Assembly (NCBI GenBank): GCA_022651005.1
Contig: JALCQD010000006.1
Span: 8,841 to 72,840 of the forward strand
Reading direction: 5' to 3'
DNA length: 64,000 nucleotides
Origin: Bifidobacteriaceae bacterium
GTDB lineage: Bacteria; Actinomycetota; Actinomycetes; Actinomycetales; Bifidobacteriaceae
Below, one piece after another: positions 56,539-64,000 of this stretch (positions are counted from its first letter, which is position 1; the number at the start of each line of letters is the position of its first letter). Both the position numbers and the translations under genes were made by a program. The notes under the pieces were generated by a model, which had not been told where the DNA came from, searched no databases, and worked only from the letters and a program-made list of their open reading frames with translations.

Positions 56539-57305
56539 GCGATACTCAAGAAACAACTAAGGAAACACAAGTGGCTGAAGATTCCCAGAACACTGCAGCT
56601 GCGGGCAACAATGCGGGTAATCATAACGACGAGCGCGGCAATCGCCGTGGCGGTCGCGGTGACTCTCGTGACGGTGGCCGTGGTGGCCGTCGTTCGGAGC
56701 GTCGTGGACGCAGGGATCGCGATGAGAATCGTGACGAACTCCTCGATCGCGTTGTGACCATCAACCGCGTTGCCAAGGTCCACAAGGGTGGCCGTACGTT
56801 CAGCTTCGCAGCTCTCGTTGTCGTCGGTGACGGCAAGGGAACTGTTGGAGTCGGCTATGGCAAGTCCCGTGAGGTCCCTGCAGCAATTGCTAAGGGTCAG
56901 CTCGACGCTAAGAAGCACATGTTCACTGTTCCTCGCATTCGCGGAACTGTGACCCACCCGGTCATCGGTCACGATGCCGCCGGTACCGTTCTTCTTCGTC
57001 CTGCAGCTCCTGGAACCGGCGTTATTGCCGGCGGTCCCGTCCGCGCCGTACTCGAGTGCGCCGGCATCACCGACATTCTCAGCAAGTCCATGGGCTCGTC
57101 CAATGCGATCAACATCGTCAACGCTACGGTCGCTGCACTCAAAGAGCTCGAAGAGCCCGAAGAGGTCGCAGTTCGTCGCGGTCTGACTCTCGAAGACGTC
57201 GCTCCTGCTGCACTGCTTCGCGCACGTGCAGAGGGCCTTGCAGACGAGAAGAAGACTCGCGAAGAGGCACAGGCCAAAGCCGCCCAGAAGAAAGATGGTG
57301 AGTGA
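56535..57305 (+). CDS. rpsE: 30S ribosomal protein S5 with a ~67-aa Arg/Gly/Asp-rich N-terminal extension
   Basis: GTGA overlap with rplR. The core begins near [24 protein letters not shown]. Confidence 0.95.
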   Translation: MSDTQETTKETQVAEDSQNTAAAGNNAGNHNDERGNRRGGRGDSRDGGRGGRRSERRGRRDRDENRDELLDRVVTINRVAKVHKGGRTFSFAALVVVGDGKGTVGVGYGKSREVPAAIAKGQLDAKKHMFTVPRIRGTVTHPVIGHDAAGTVLLRPAAPGTGVIAGGPVRAVLECAGITDILSKSMGSSNAINIVNATVAALKELEEPEEVAVRRGLTLEDVAPAALLRARAEGLADEKKTREEAQAKAAQKKDGE

Positions 57306-57505
57306 TGCCTGCTAAGAAAAAAGCAAAGAACATCAAGATCACTTTGAATAAGGGTCTGGTTGGCGCGACTGCTGCTCAGAAGAGCAACGTCCATTCGCTT
57401 GGTCTGCACAAGATCCATCAGAGCGTCGTCCGTGAGGACACCCCTGTTTACCGCGGAATGGCAAATGCAGTTCGCCACCTTGTCACGGTAGAGGAGGCTG
57501 ACTGA
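57305..57505 (+). CDS. rpmD: 50S ribosomal protein L30
   Basis: ATG overlaps the rpsE stop (TGATG). [11 protein letters not shown] motif. Confidence 0.93.
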   Translation: MPAKKKAKNIKITLNKGLVGATAAQKSNVHSLGLHKIHQSVVREDTPVYRGMANAVRHLVTVEEAD

Positions 57506-57507
57506 TT

Positions 57508-57981
57508 ATGGTAGCAACCAAGAAGGCTGAAAAGGACGTCGAGATTCTGCAGATGCACGATCTGCGTCCGGCTCCGGGTTCCAAGAAGTCCAAGACCCGC
57601 GTGGGTCGTGGTGAGGGTTCCAAGGGTAAGACCTCGGGCCGTGGCACCAAGGGCACAGGAGCACGCTATCAGGTGCGTCCTGGCTTCGAAGGTGGACAGC
57701 TTCCGCTGTACATGCGCCTTCCGAAGCTGCGTGGATTCCGCAGCCCGTTCAAGAAGGAATTCCAGGTCGTCAACCTTGGCGATCTCGCAGAACTGTTCCC
57801 CAAGGGTGGAGAGGTCAGTGTTGCTGATCTCATCGCCAAGGGCGCCGTTCGCGATGGATACCCCGTCAAGATCCTCGGTACCGGAGACGTGAAGGTCGCT
57901 TTCACGCTCAAGGGTGTCAAGGCGTCTGCATCTGCTCGTACTAAGGTCGAGCAGGCAGGTGGAACGATTTCCGAGGACTGA
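57508..57981 (+). CDS. rplO: 50S ribosomal protein L15
   Basis: [17 protein letters not shown] motif; conserved position. Confidence 0.96.
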   Translation: MVATKKAEKDVEILQMHDLRPAPGSKKSKTRVGRGEGSKGKTSGRGTKGTGARYQVRPGFEGGQLPLYMRLPKLRGFRSPFKKEFQVVNLGDLAELFPKGGEVSVADLIAKGAVRDGYPVKILGTGDVKVAFTLKGVKASASARTKVEQAGGTISED

Positions 57982-58107
57982 GTTATTCGGGGATAGTTCA
58001 ACAAATCTGAGTAAAAGACCCTCCCCATTGCACAAAATGGGTGAGGGTCTTTGCTATGCTCAGTATGTTTGACCTCGGAGACCGGGAAAGATAGGAGAGG
58101 AGCCGTT

Positions 58108-59403
58108 TTGAGGACGCTCATCCAAGCCTTTCGCACGAAGGAACTGAGAAACAAGATTCTCTTTACCTTCGGCATCATCATTATTTACCGCATTGGTTCG
58201 TTCATCCCAACGCCGGGAGTGGACTATAAAGCCGTGCAGGAGTGTGTCTCTGCGTCAAGCAATGAGGACTTCGTCGGCCTGGTGAACCTGTTCTCAGGTG
58301 GCGCCTTGCTGCAGTTGTCCATTTTCGCATTGGGCATTATGCCGTACATCACGGCGTCCATTGTTATTCAGCTGCTCCGAGTTGTGATTCCTCGCTTCGA
58401 GGCATTGCACAAGGAAGGCCAGTCAGGAGAAGCGAAGCTCACAGAGTATACGCGTTACCTCACCATTGGCTTGGCAATTCTGCAGTCGACTACCATTCTC
58501 GTGACCGCACGTTCCGGAGCGCTTTTTAATTACTCGTGCTCCTCTTCCGTGATTCCCGATGGTTCTGTCCTGAATCTCGCCATCATGGTCATCATCATGA
58601 CAGGCGCTACGGGTCTTATCATGTGGATGGCAGAGCTCATTACCGACAAGGGCATCGGTCAGGGCATGTCTGTGTTGATCTTCCTCTCCATCTGCTCTGG
58701 CTTCCTTCCGCAGCTGTGGCAGATCGGAACGTCGTCTAGCTGGCTGAAGTTCGCCATCGTTGTGGTTGTGCTTATTGTCATCACCATCTTCGTGGTCTTT
58801 GTGGAGCAGTCGCAGCGCCGTATCCCGGTGCAATACACTCGCCGCATGATTGGGCGCAAGATGTATGGCGGCACCTCCACCTACATCCCGCTGAAGATCA
58901 ACATGTCAGGCGTTATCCCGCCCATCTTCGCGTCGTCGATTCTTGCAATCCCCACGCTCATCGCACAGTTTGGCAATTCCAAGCAGAGCTGGGTCACGTG
59001 GATTAACAACAACCTGGCGAACACCACATCGGTGTGGTACATCATTTTGTACTCCGTGATGATTGTGTTCTTCACGTTCTTCTATACGTCTATCACCTTT
59101 AACCCAGACGACACTGCGGACGATATGAAGCAGTATGGCGGCTTCATTCCGGGTATTCGCGCTGGCAAGGCGACGAGCAAGTACCTCAGCTATGTCATGA
59201 ATCGTCTCAATACGGTGGGCGCGGTGTACTTGCTGTTTGTGGCGCTCATTCCGACAGTGCTCATCATGGCGCTGTCCCTGTCAAGCAAGCTTCCCTTTGG
59301 AGGCACGACGATTCTGATTATCGCCGGCGTTGGTCTTGACACGTTGCGTCAGGCAGCTGCAAAGGTAGAGCAGTTCCAGTACAACGGATTCCTCACAGAC
59401 TGA
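58108..59403 (+). CDS. secY: Preprotein translocase subunit SecY
   Basis: TTG start chosen 5 nt after GGAGAGGAG. The N-terminus (M)RTLIQAFRTKELRNKILFTFGIIIIYRIGSFIPTPGV is typical of SecY. 10-TM pattern. Confidence 0.94.
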   Translation: MRTLIQAFRTKELRNKILFTFGIIIIYRIGSFIPTPGVDYKAVQECVSASSNEDFVGLVNLFSGGALLQLSIFALGIMPYITASIVIQLLRVVIPRFEALHKEGQSGEAKLTEYTRYLTIGLAILQSTTILVTARSGALFNYSCSSSVIPDGSVLNLAIMVIIMTGATGLIMWMAELITDKGIGQGMSVLIFLSICSGFLPQLWQIGTSSSWLKFAIVVVVLIVITIFVVFVEQSQRRIPVQYTRRMIGRKMYGGTSTYIPLKINMSGVIPPIFASSILAIPTLIAQFGNSKQSWVTWINNNLANTTSVWYIILYSVMIVFFTFFYTSITFNPDDTADDMKQYGGFIPGIRAGKATSKYLSYVMNRLNTVGAVYLLFVALIPTVLIMALSLSSKLPFGGTTILIIAGVGLDTLRQAAAKVEQFQYNGFLTD

Positions 59404-59412
59404 GATAAGCAC

Positions 59413-59452
59413 AGAGTGACGGCGTCGTGTGAAAGCACGACGCCGTCACTCT
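59413..59452 (+). other. Intercistronic 17-bp perfect hairpin between secY and adk
   Basis: AGAGTGACGGCGTCGTG-TGAAAG-CACGACGCCGTCACTCT, starting 10 nt after the secY stop, with no U-tract. Confidence 0.6.
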
Positions 59453-59518
59453 GTTGGTCAATACATTCCGCACGCCGCACTGCGGCGCACGGGTCATCAA
59501 AAGCACAAAGGAGTACAT

Positions 59519-60091
59519 ATGCGACTGCTGATCATGGGACCTCAAGGTGTCGGCAAGGGAACTCAGGCGGCGCAGCTGTCCGAGCATTACTCGATTCCGG
59601 CCATCTCGACCGGTGACATCTTCCGTTACAATCTGAAGAACAAGACTGAGCTCGGCAAAGAGGCCGGTGCCTATATCGAGAAGGGCGAGCTTGTTCCAGA
59701 TGAGCTCACCAATCGTATTGTGGAGGATCGCTTGGCGAAGGATGACGCCAAGAACGGTTGGATCCTCGACGGGTATCCGCGTAACGCATCACAGGTGGAA
59801 GCCCTTGACACTATTCTGGCAAAACTGGGCACGCCGCTTGATGCCGTCGTCGCTCTTGACGCAGAGCGGGGCATTCTCCTGGAGCGCATGAAGAAGCGCG
59901 CTCAGATCGAAGGCCGTTCAGATGACACGCCAGACGTCATCGCCAAGCGCCTCGATGTATACGAAAAGGAAACGGCCCCGCTCCTTAAGGCATACGAGGA
60001 GAGGGGAGTACTCGTGACAGTCAACGGTGTTGGAGACATCAGCGAGATTGCCCACTCTATCTTTGACAAGCTGGATGCAAAGACTGCCTAA
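59519..60091 (+). CDS. adk: Adenylate kinase (short, zinc-less lid)
   Basis: Start at MRLLIMGPQGVGKGTQA (P-loop), preceded by AAAGGAG. Confidence 0.95.
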   Translation: MRLLIMGPQGVGKGTQAAQLSEHYSIPAISTGDIFRYNLKNKTELGKEAGAYIEKGELVPDELTNRIVEDRLAKDDAKNGWILDGYPRNASQVEALDTILAKLGTPLDAVVALDAERGILLERMKKRAQIEGRSDDTPDVIAKRLDVYEKETAPLLKAYEERGVLVTVNGVGDISEIAHSIFDKLDAKTA

Positions 60092-60128
60092 GGACAGATG
60101 TGATGTCTGATGGAGATACCCTCCTTCG

Positions 60129-60175
60129 CTGCGCCCGTCGTGCATGTGGACTTCCACGTTGCACGATGGGCGCAG
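60129..60175 (+). terminator. Long hairpin after adk
   Basis: The 16-bp outer stem CTGCGCCCGTCGTGCA / TGCACGATGGGCGCAG (one G:U pair) encloses a small inner stem and is followed by a T-rich stretch, TTGTGTTATATT. Confidence 0.55.
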
Positions 60176-60187
60176 TTGTGTTATATT
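60159..60187 (+). promoter_or_regulatory. Putative infA promoter overlapping the adk hairpin
   Basis: TTGCAC (60159-60164), a 17-nt spacer, then TATATT (60182-60187), about 60 nt upstream of infA. Confidence 0.45.
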
Positions 60188-60248
60188 GCATAGTTGGTGT
60201 GTCTTAAAGTGAGATATACCGGGACTCACGGATAGGAATACGTGGCTT

Positions 60249-60467
60249 ATGGCAAAAGATGGTGTGATTGAAGTCGAAGGACAAGTCGTCGAGGCACTGC
60301 CGAATGCGATGTTTCGCGTCGAACTTGAGAACAAGCACATCGTTCTGGCGACCATCTCCGGCAAGGTGCGGAAGAATTACATTCGCATTCTGCCCCAGGA
60401 CCGCGTTCTTCTTGAGATGAGCCCGTACGATTTGACCCGTGGTCGAATTACGTACCGTTACAAGTAG
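60249..60467 (+). CDS. infA: Translation initiation factor IF-1
   Basis: [30 protein letters not shown] signature; 72 aa. Confidence 0.97.
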   Translation: MAKDGVIEVEGQVVEALPNAMFRVELENKHIVLATISGKVRKNYIRILPQDRVLLEMSPYDLTRGRITYRYK

Positions 60468-60486
60468 TCACTAGTGAAGGAAAACC

Positions 60487-60600
60487 ATGAAGGTTAAGCC
60501 AAGTGTGAAGAGGATCTGCGAGCACTGCCGTATCATCCGTCGTCACGGCCGCGTCATGGTGATTTGCACCAACCCCAGGCACAAGCAGCGCCAGGGCTGA
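60487..60600 (+). CDS. rpmJ: 50S ribosomal protein L36
   Basis: Not in the ORF track because it is under 60 aa. Hand translation gives [37 protein letters not shown] (37 aa, zinc-ribbon C-x2-C...C-x4-H). GAAGGA lies 6 nt upstream. Confidence 0.93.
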   Translation: MKVKPSVKRICEHCRIIRRHGRVMVICTNPRHKQRQG

Positions 60601-60732
60601 GAGCGGACCACAGCGGTAAATAAATAAAGATAGGTGCTGAATCACAGCGAAAGCTGAACCCCAGGTGCGGAGGCCTGGGCCGGGAATCCGGACGATTCGG
60701 CGCACAACCTCCGATGAACAGAAGGAATCGCA

Positions 60733-61110
60733 ATGGCACGTCTTGCCGGAGTCGACATCCCCAATGAGAAGCGCATCGAAATTGCCCTCACCTACATCTT
60801 CGGTGTTGGCCGCACGCGCGCGAAGGAAACCCTTGCAGCAACCGGTATCGATCCAGATATCCGTGCAAAGGATCTGACTGACGAACAGCTCATCACCCTG
60901 CGTGATTACCTCGAAGGTAATTACAAGATCGAGGGCGACCTCCGTCGTGAGGTTGAGGCTGATATTCGTCGCAAGATCCAGATCAACTGCTATCAGGGCA
61001 TTCGCCACCGCAGGCACCTTCCGGTACGTGGACAGCGCACCAAGACCAACGCACGCACCCGCAAGGGCCCGAAGCGTACGGTCGCCGGAAAGAAGAAGGC
61101 CACCAAGTAG
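60733..61110 (+). CDS. rpsM: 30S ribosomal protein S13
   Basis: [14 protein letters not shown] signature. Confidence 0.97.
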   Translation: MARLAGVDIPNEKRIEIALTYIFGVGRTRAKETLAATGIDPDIRAKDLTDEQLITLRDYLEGNYKIEGDLRREVEADIRRKIQINCYQGIRHRRHLPVRGQRTKTNARTRKGPKRTVAGKKKATK

Positions 61111-61169
61111 TAGTGATTGGTACTCACGTACCGCATACTGCATCTTAAATTTTTAGGAAATGAGGGTAA

Positions 61170-61568
61170 ATGGCTGCTGCAAAGCAAGCTGTGCGCAAGC
61201 CGCGACGCCGGGCTCGTAAGTCCGTGCCGATGGGACAGGCGCATATTAAGTCCACGTTCAATAACACGATCATTTCGATCACTGATCCGTCCGGCGCTGT
61301 GCTGGCATGGGCATCAGGTGGCGATGTCGGTTTCAAGGGTTCGCGTAAGTCAACTCCGTTCGCTGCAGGTATGGCCGCTGAGGCTGCCGCTCGCAAGGCG
61401 ATGGAGCATGGCGTCAAGAAGGTTGACGTCTTCGTGAAGGGCCCGGGTTCCGGACGCGAAACCGCTATCCGTTCCCTGCAGTCCGCAGGCCTCGAGGTTG
61501 GCTCCATCTCTGATGTGACGCCACAGGCACACAATGGTGTCCGTCCTCCCAAGCGCCGCCGCGTCTGA
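61170..61568 (+). CDS. rpsK: 30S ribosomal protein S11
   Basis: [18 protein letters not shown] and [13 protein letters not shown] motifs. Confidence 0.97.
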   Translation: MAAAKQAVRKPRRRARKSVPMGQAHIKSTFNNTIISITDPSGAVLAWASGGDVGFKGSRKSTPFAAGMAAEAAARKAMEHGVKKVDVFVKGPGSGRETAIRSLQSAGLEVGSISDVTPQAHNGVRPPKRRRV

Positions 61569-61643
61569 CGCACGGTAATTCCCACATCATCCACCCGCAC
61601 GAGTCGGTTGTGCACGATCGACTTGAGCTGAAAGGATAAAAAA

Positions 61644-62639
61644 GTGCTTATTGCACAGCGTCCGACACTGACAGAAGAAGTACTTACTCCCCAGCGCTCG
61701 CGTTTCACCATCGAGCCGTTGGAGCCGGGATTCGGTTACACCATTGGAAACTCACTGCGCCGTACTCTGCTGAGCTCCATTCCTGGCGCTGCAGTGACCT
61801 CCGTGCGTATCTCTGGTGCGCTCCACGAGTTCACCACGCTGCCCGGAGTGAAGGAAGACGTCACTGAGATTCTTCTCAACATCAAGGGAATCGTTCTTAC
61901 CAGCGAATACGACGAGCCAGTCGTCATGTATCTGCGCAAGAACGGCGAGGGTGAGGCAAAGGCCGGAGACATCACGCCTCCTGCTGGAGTTGTCATCTCC
62001 AACCCCGATCTCCACATCGCAACCCTGGCCGAAGATGGCGAGCTCGAAATCGAGTTCACCGTCGAGCGTGGCCGCGGTTACGTCTCCGCCCAGCAGAACA
62101 AGCAGGACGGACAGGAAATCGGTCGCATTCCCGTTGATTCGATTTATTCACCGGTTCTCAAGGTGAGCTACAAGGTCGAGGCAACTCGTGTCGAGCAGCG
62201 CACTGATTTTGACCGTCTGATTCTCGACGTCGAGACGAAGGAAGCCATCACTCCTCGTGATGCAGTGGCTTCTGCAGGTTCCACTTTGGTGGAGCTGTTC
62301 GGTCTCGCGCGTGAACTCAACACGCAGGCGGAGGGCATCGAAGTGGGTCCGGCTCCCGTTGTTCAGGAGTCAAACCCCGAACTCGCTGTCCCGATCGAAG
62401 ATCTCAACTTGACACAGCGTTCATACAACTGCCTCAAGCGTGAGGGAATCCACACCGTCGGCGAGCTGGTGTCGCGCACCGAGCAGGATCTGCTCGATAT
62501 TCGTAATTTCGGTATGAAGTCAATCGACGAAGTCAAGGAGAAGCTCCAGACCATGGGACTGTCTCTCAAGGCATCACCGCTCGGCTTCGACACAACCAAT
62601 CTCGAGGGAGGCACTTTCTTCACCCCTGAAGACGAGTAA
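61644..62639 (+). CDS. rpoA: DNA-directed RNA polymerase subunit alpha
   Basis: GTG start. N-terminal domain [24 protein letters not shown]-terminal domain [22 protein letters not shown]. Confidence 0.96.
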   Translation: MLIAQRPTLTEEVLTPQRSRFTIEPLEPGFGYTIGNSLRRTLLSSIPGAAVTSVRISGALHEFTTLPGVKEDVTEILLNIKGIVLTSEYDEPVVMYLRKNGEGEAKAGDITPPAGVVISNPDLHIATLAEDGELEIEFTVERGRGYVSAQQNKQDGQEIGRIPVDSIYSPVLKVSYKVEATRVEQRTDFDRLILDVETKEAITPRDAVASAGSTLVELFGLARELNTQAEGIEVGPAPVVQESNPELAVPIEDLNLTQRSYNCLKREGIHTVGELVSRTEQDLLDIRNFGMKSIDEVKEKLQTMGLSLKASPLGFDTTNLEGGTFFTPEDE

Positions 62640-62746
62640 TCCAACTGATTGCACGTTAGAGGAAGTGACGAAAGTCCCTCGAACTGATACTTGCGCATGG
62701 ACGTTTGGGCGAATGCCCTCCCATGCACAAGCCTTAAGGAGAAATA

Positions 62747-63391
62747 ATGCCAAGACCAAAGCACGGGGCACATCTCGCCTCGAGTCCGGCACATGAGCGT
62801 CTGATGCTGGCCAACATGGCTACCAGCCTGTACCAGAACGGACACATCACCACCACGCTTGCCAAGGCAAAGCGCCTTCGTCCGCTGGCAGAGCGTCTCA
62901 TCACGCTCGCCAAGCGTGGCGATCTGCACTCACGCCGTCGCGTGATGCGCGTTATCCGCAACAAGGCTGTCGTGCACCAGCTCTTCACGAGCATCGCCGA
63001 GACCATGAAGCAGCGTGAGGGCGGCTACACCCGCATCATCAAGATCGCTGCCCGTGGCGGAGACAACGCGCCTCGCGCCATCATCGAGCTCGTCACCGAG
63101 CCCGTGAGCGCGAAGAAGGCCGTTGTCAAGGAAGCTGAGTCCGCAACTAAGGTTGCCGCAGCTGACGATGCCAAGGAAGTTGACGCAGCTGTTGAGGCCG
63201 CTGAAGTCGAGGGTGCCGCAAAGGACGCCGTCAACGAAGCTGTCGAGGCAAACGAAGCTGACGCTTCCGATGTTGCTGAGGCCGACAAGGCCGCCGTCGA
63301 TCTCGAGAAGGACGCCAAGAAAGCCGATGAGGCTGAAGGTGCCGCCGAGGAAGACGCCGACGTTGCTGACGAGGCCGCTAAGGCTGAGTGA
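62747..63391 (+). CDS. rplQ: 50S ribosomal protein L17 with a ~95-aa acidic/Ala-rich C-terminal extension
   Basis: The L17 core runs to about ...[25 protein letters not shown]. It is followed by a low-complexity A/E/D/K tail. Confidence 0.95.
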   Translation: MPRPKHGAHLASSPAHERLMLANMATSLYQNGHITTTLAKAKRLRPLAERLITLAKRGDLHSRRRVMRVIRNKAVVHQLFTSIAETMKQREGGYTRIIKIAARGGDNAPRAIIELVTEPVSAKKAVVKEAESATKVAAADDAKEVDAAVEAAEVEGAAKDAVNEAVEANEADASDVAEADKAAVDLEKDAKKADEAEGAAEEDADVADEAAKAE

Positions 63392-63435
63392 GCCGCTTTT
63401 CTACCTGAGATAATGAGGTAGGTGAACGTCGCTAG

Positions 63436-63469
63436 GGAAGGTCCGGATAATACCGGGCCTTCCTTTTTC
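63436..63469 (+). terminator. Rho-independent terminator after rplQ
   Basis: GGAAGGTCCGG-ATAATA-CCGGGCCTTCC (one G:U pair) followed by TTTTT. Confidence 0.85.
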
Positions 63470-63521
63470 TATGTCTGCTCGCAGTATTTTGAGGCCTGTG
63501 ATGTGAGACAATACTGAAGTG

Positions 63522-64000
63522 ATGAGGCTCAGGATCGATTTCGCGTACGACGGCACAGATTTCCATGGATGGGCGAAGCAACCTGGGCTGAGAACTGTTC
63601 AAGGGGTCATAGACGCCGCTTTGCTGCAGATCCTTAGACTTACTGATGCTGACCCAGAAATTCGCTTGACGGTGGCGGGGCGTACCGATACGGGCGTTCA
63701 TGCGCGTCATCAGGTGTGTCATCTCGATGTTGACGAGAGGATTCTCGCTCGTGCGATGGGTCATCTCAACGGTGTGGCGCCTCAGGCAGCTTTGGCACAT
63801 CGTATGCGTCATGTTCTTCCCGATGACATTTCGATTTTGTCGGTGTGCGGCGCTCCTGAAGGTTTCGATGCTCGGTTCTCCGCGTTAGAGCGCACGTACA
63901 TTTTTCGAATCTGTGACGATTGGCGCTATCTCGACCCTCGCACTCGGCACTATGTGCTGCCGGTGAAAGTACCCCTGAATGATGCCGTACTCTCCACGGC
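63522..64000 (+). CDS. truA: tRNA pseudouridine(38-40) synthase TruA, 5' partial (runs off the window)
   Basis: Hand translation gives MRLRIDFAYDGTDFHGWAKQPGLRTVQG...VAGRTDTGVHA (catalytic Asp motif). The frame is open to the window end. It is absent from the ORF track because there is no stop codon. Confidence 0.88.
   Translation, partial: MRLRIDFAYDGTDFHGWAKQPGLRTVQGVIDAALLQILRLTDADPEIRLTVAGRTDTGVHARHQVCHLDVDERILARAMGHLNGVAPQAALAHRMRHVLPDDISILSVCGAPEGFDARFSALERTYIFRICDDWRYLDPRTRHYVLPVKVPLNDAVLST

Noticed and set aside
1-64000. CRISPR arrays, rRNA operons, IS elements, or defence systems (RM, TA, CBASS, Abi)
   Set aside because: No regularly spaced direct repeats, rRNA-like sequence, transposase or integrase ORFs, or recognisable defence gene signatures were seen on either strand.

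Overview
This is a 64-kb high-GC actinobacterial chromosome segment. Gene content and order look most like Bifidobacteriaceae: a type I FAS followed by acpS, a bifunctional AdhE, and an S10-spc-alpha ribosomal cluster without rpsD or map. That placement is an inference from remembered gene order; no search was run. Nearly everything is core housekeeping. In order, the window holds: fas-acpS; an isolated sugar-type ABC binding lipoprotein; a TPR/nucleotidyltransferase (DUF4037-like) plus DUF4125-like gene pair; an M20 amidohydrolase with a large membrane protein; tRNA-Pro; lysS, a menA-like prenyltransferase and gpmA; the phosphate locus (phoU, a senX3/phoR-like kinase, pstS, a fused pstC-pstA, pstB); serC; two cell-wall hydrolases (CHAP, NlpC/P60); a tandem-Usp protein; OsmC; thyA-folA-LMW-PTP; tRNA-Phe and tRNA-Asp; a 2-hydroxyacid dehydrogenase and YigZ; an LRV-repeat protein; malQ; rplM-rpsI; glgX; adhE; the full rpsJ-to-rplQ cluster including secY, adk, infA, rpmJ (missing from the ORF track) and rpoA; and the 5' part of truA. 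I saw no rRNA, CRISPR array, transposase, integrase or recognisable defence system. The most noteworthy observations are these. (1) The senX3/phoR-like kinase has Glu in place of the phospho-acceptor His and has no adjacent response regulator. (2) pstC and pstA form one continuous ORF. (3) The TPR-NTase + DUF4125 pair is uncharacterised. (4) A perfect TGTGA-N6-TCACA palindrome lies between glgX and adhE. I do not see convincing evidence for a wholly new multi-gene system, and interest scores reflect that. All family names come from motifs recognised by eye; no BLAST or HMM search was possible.
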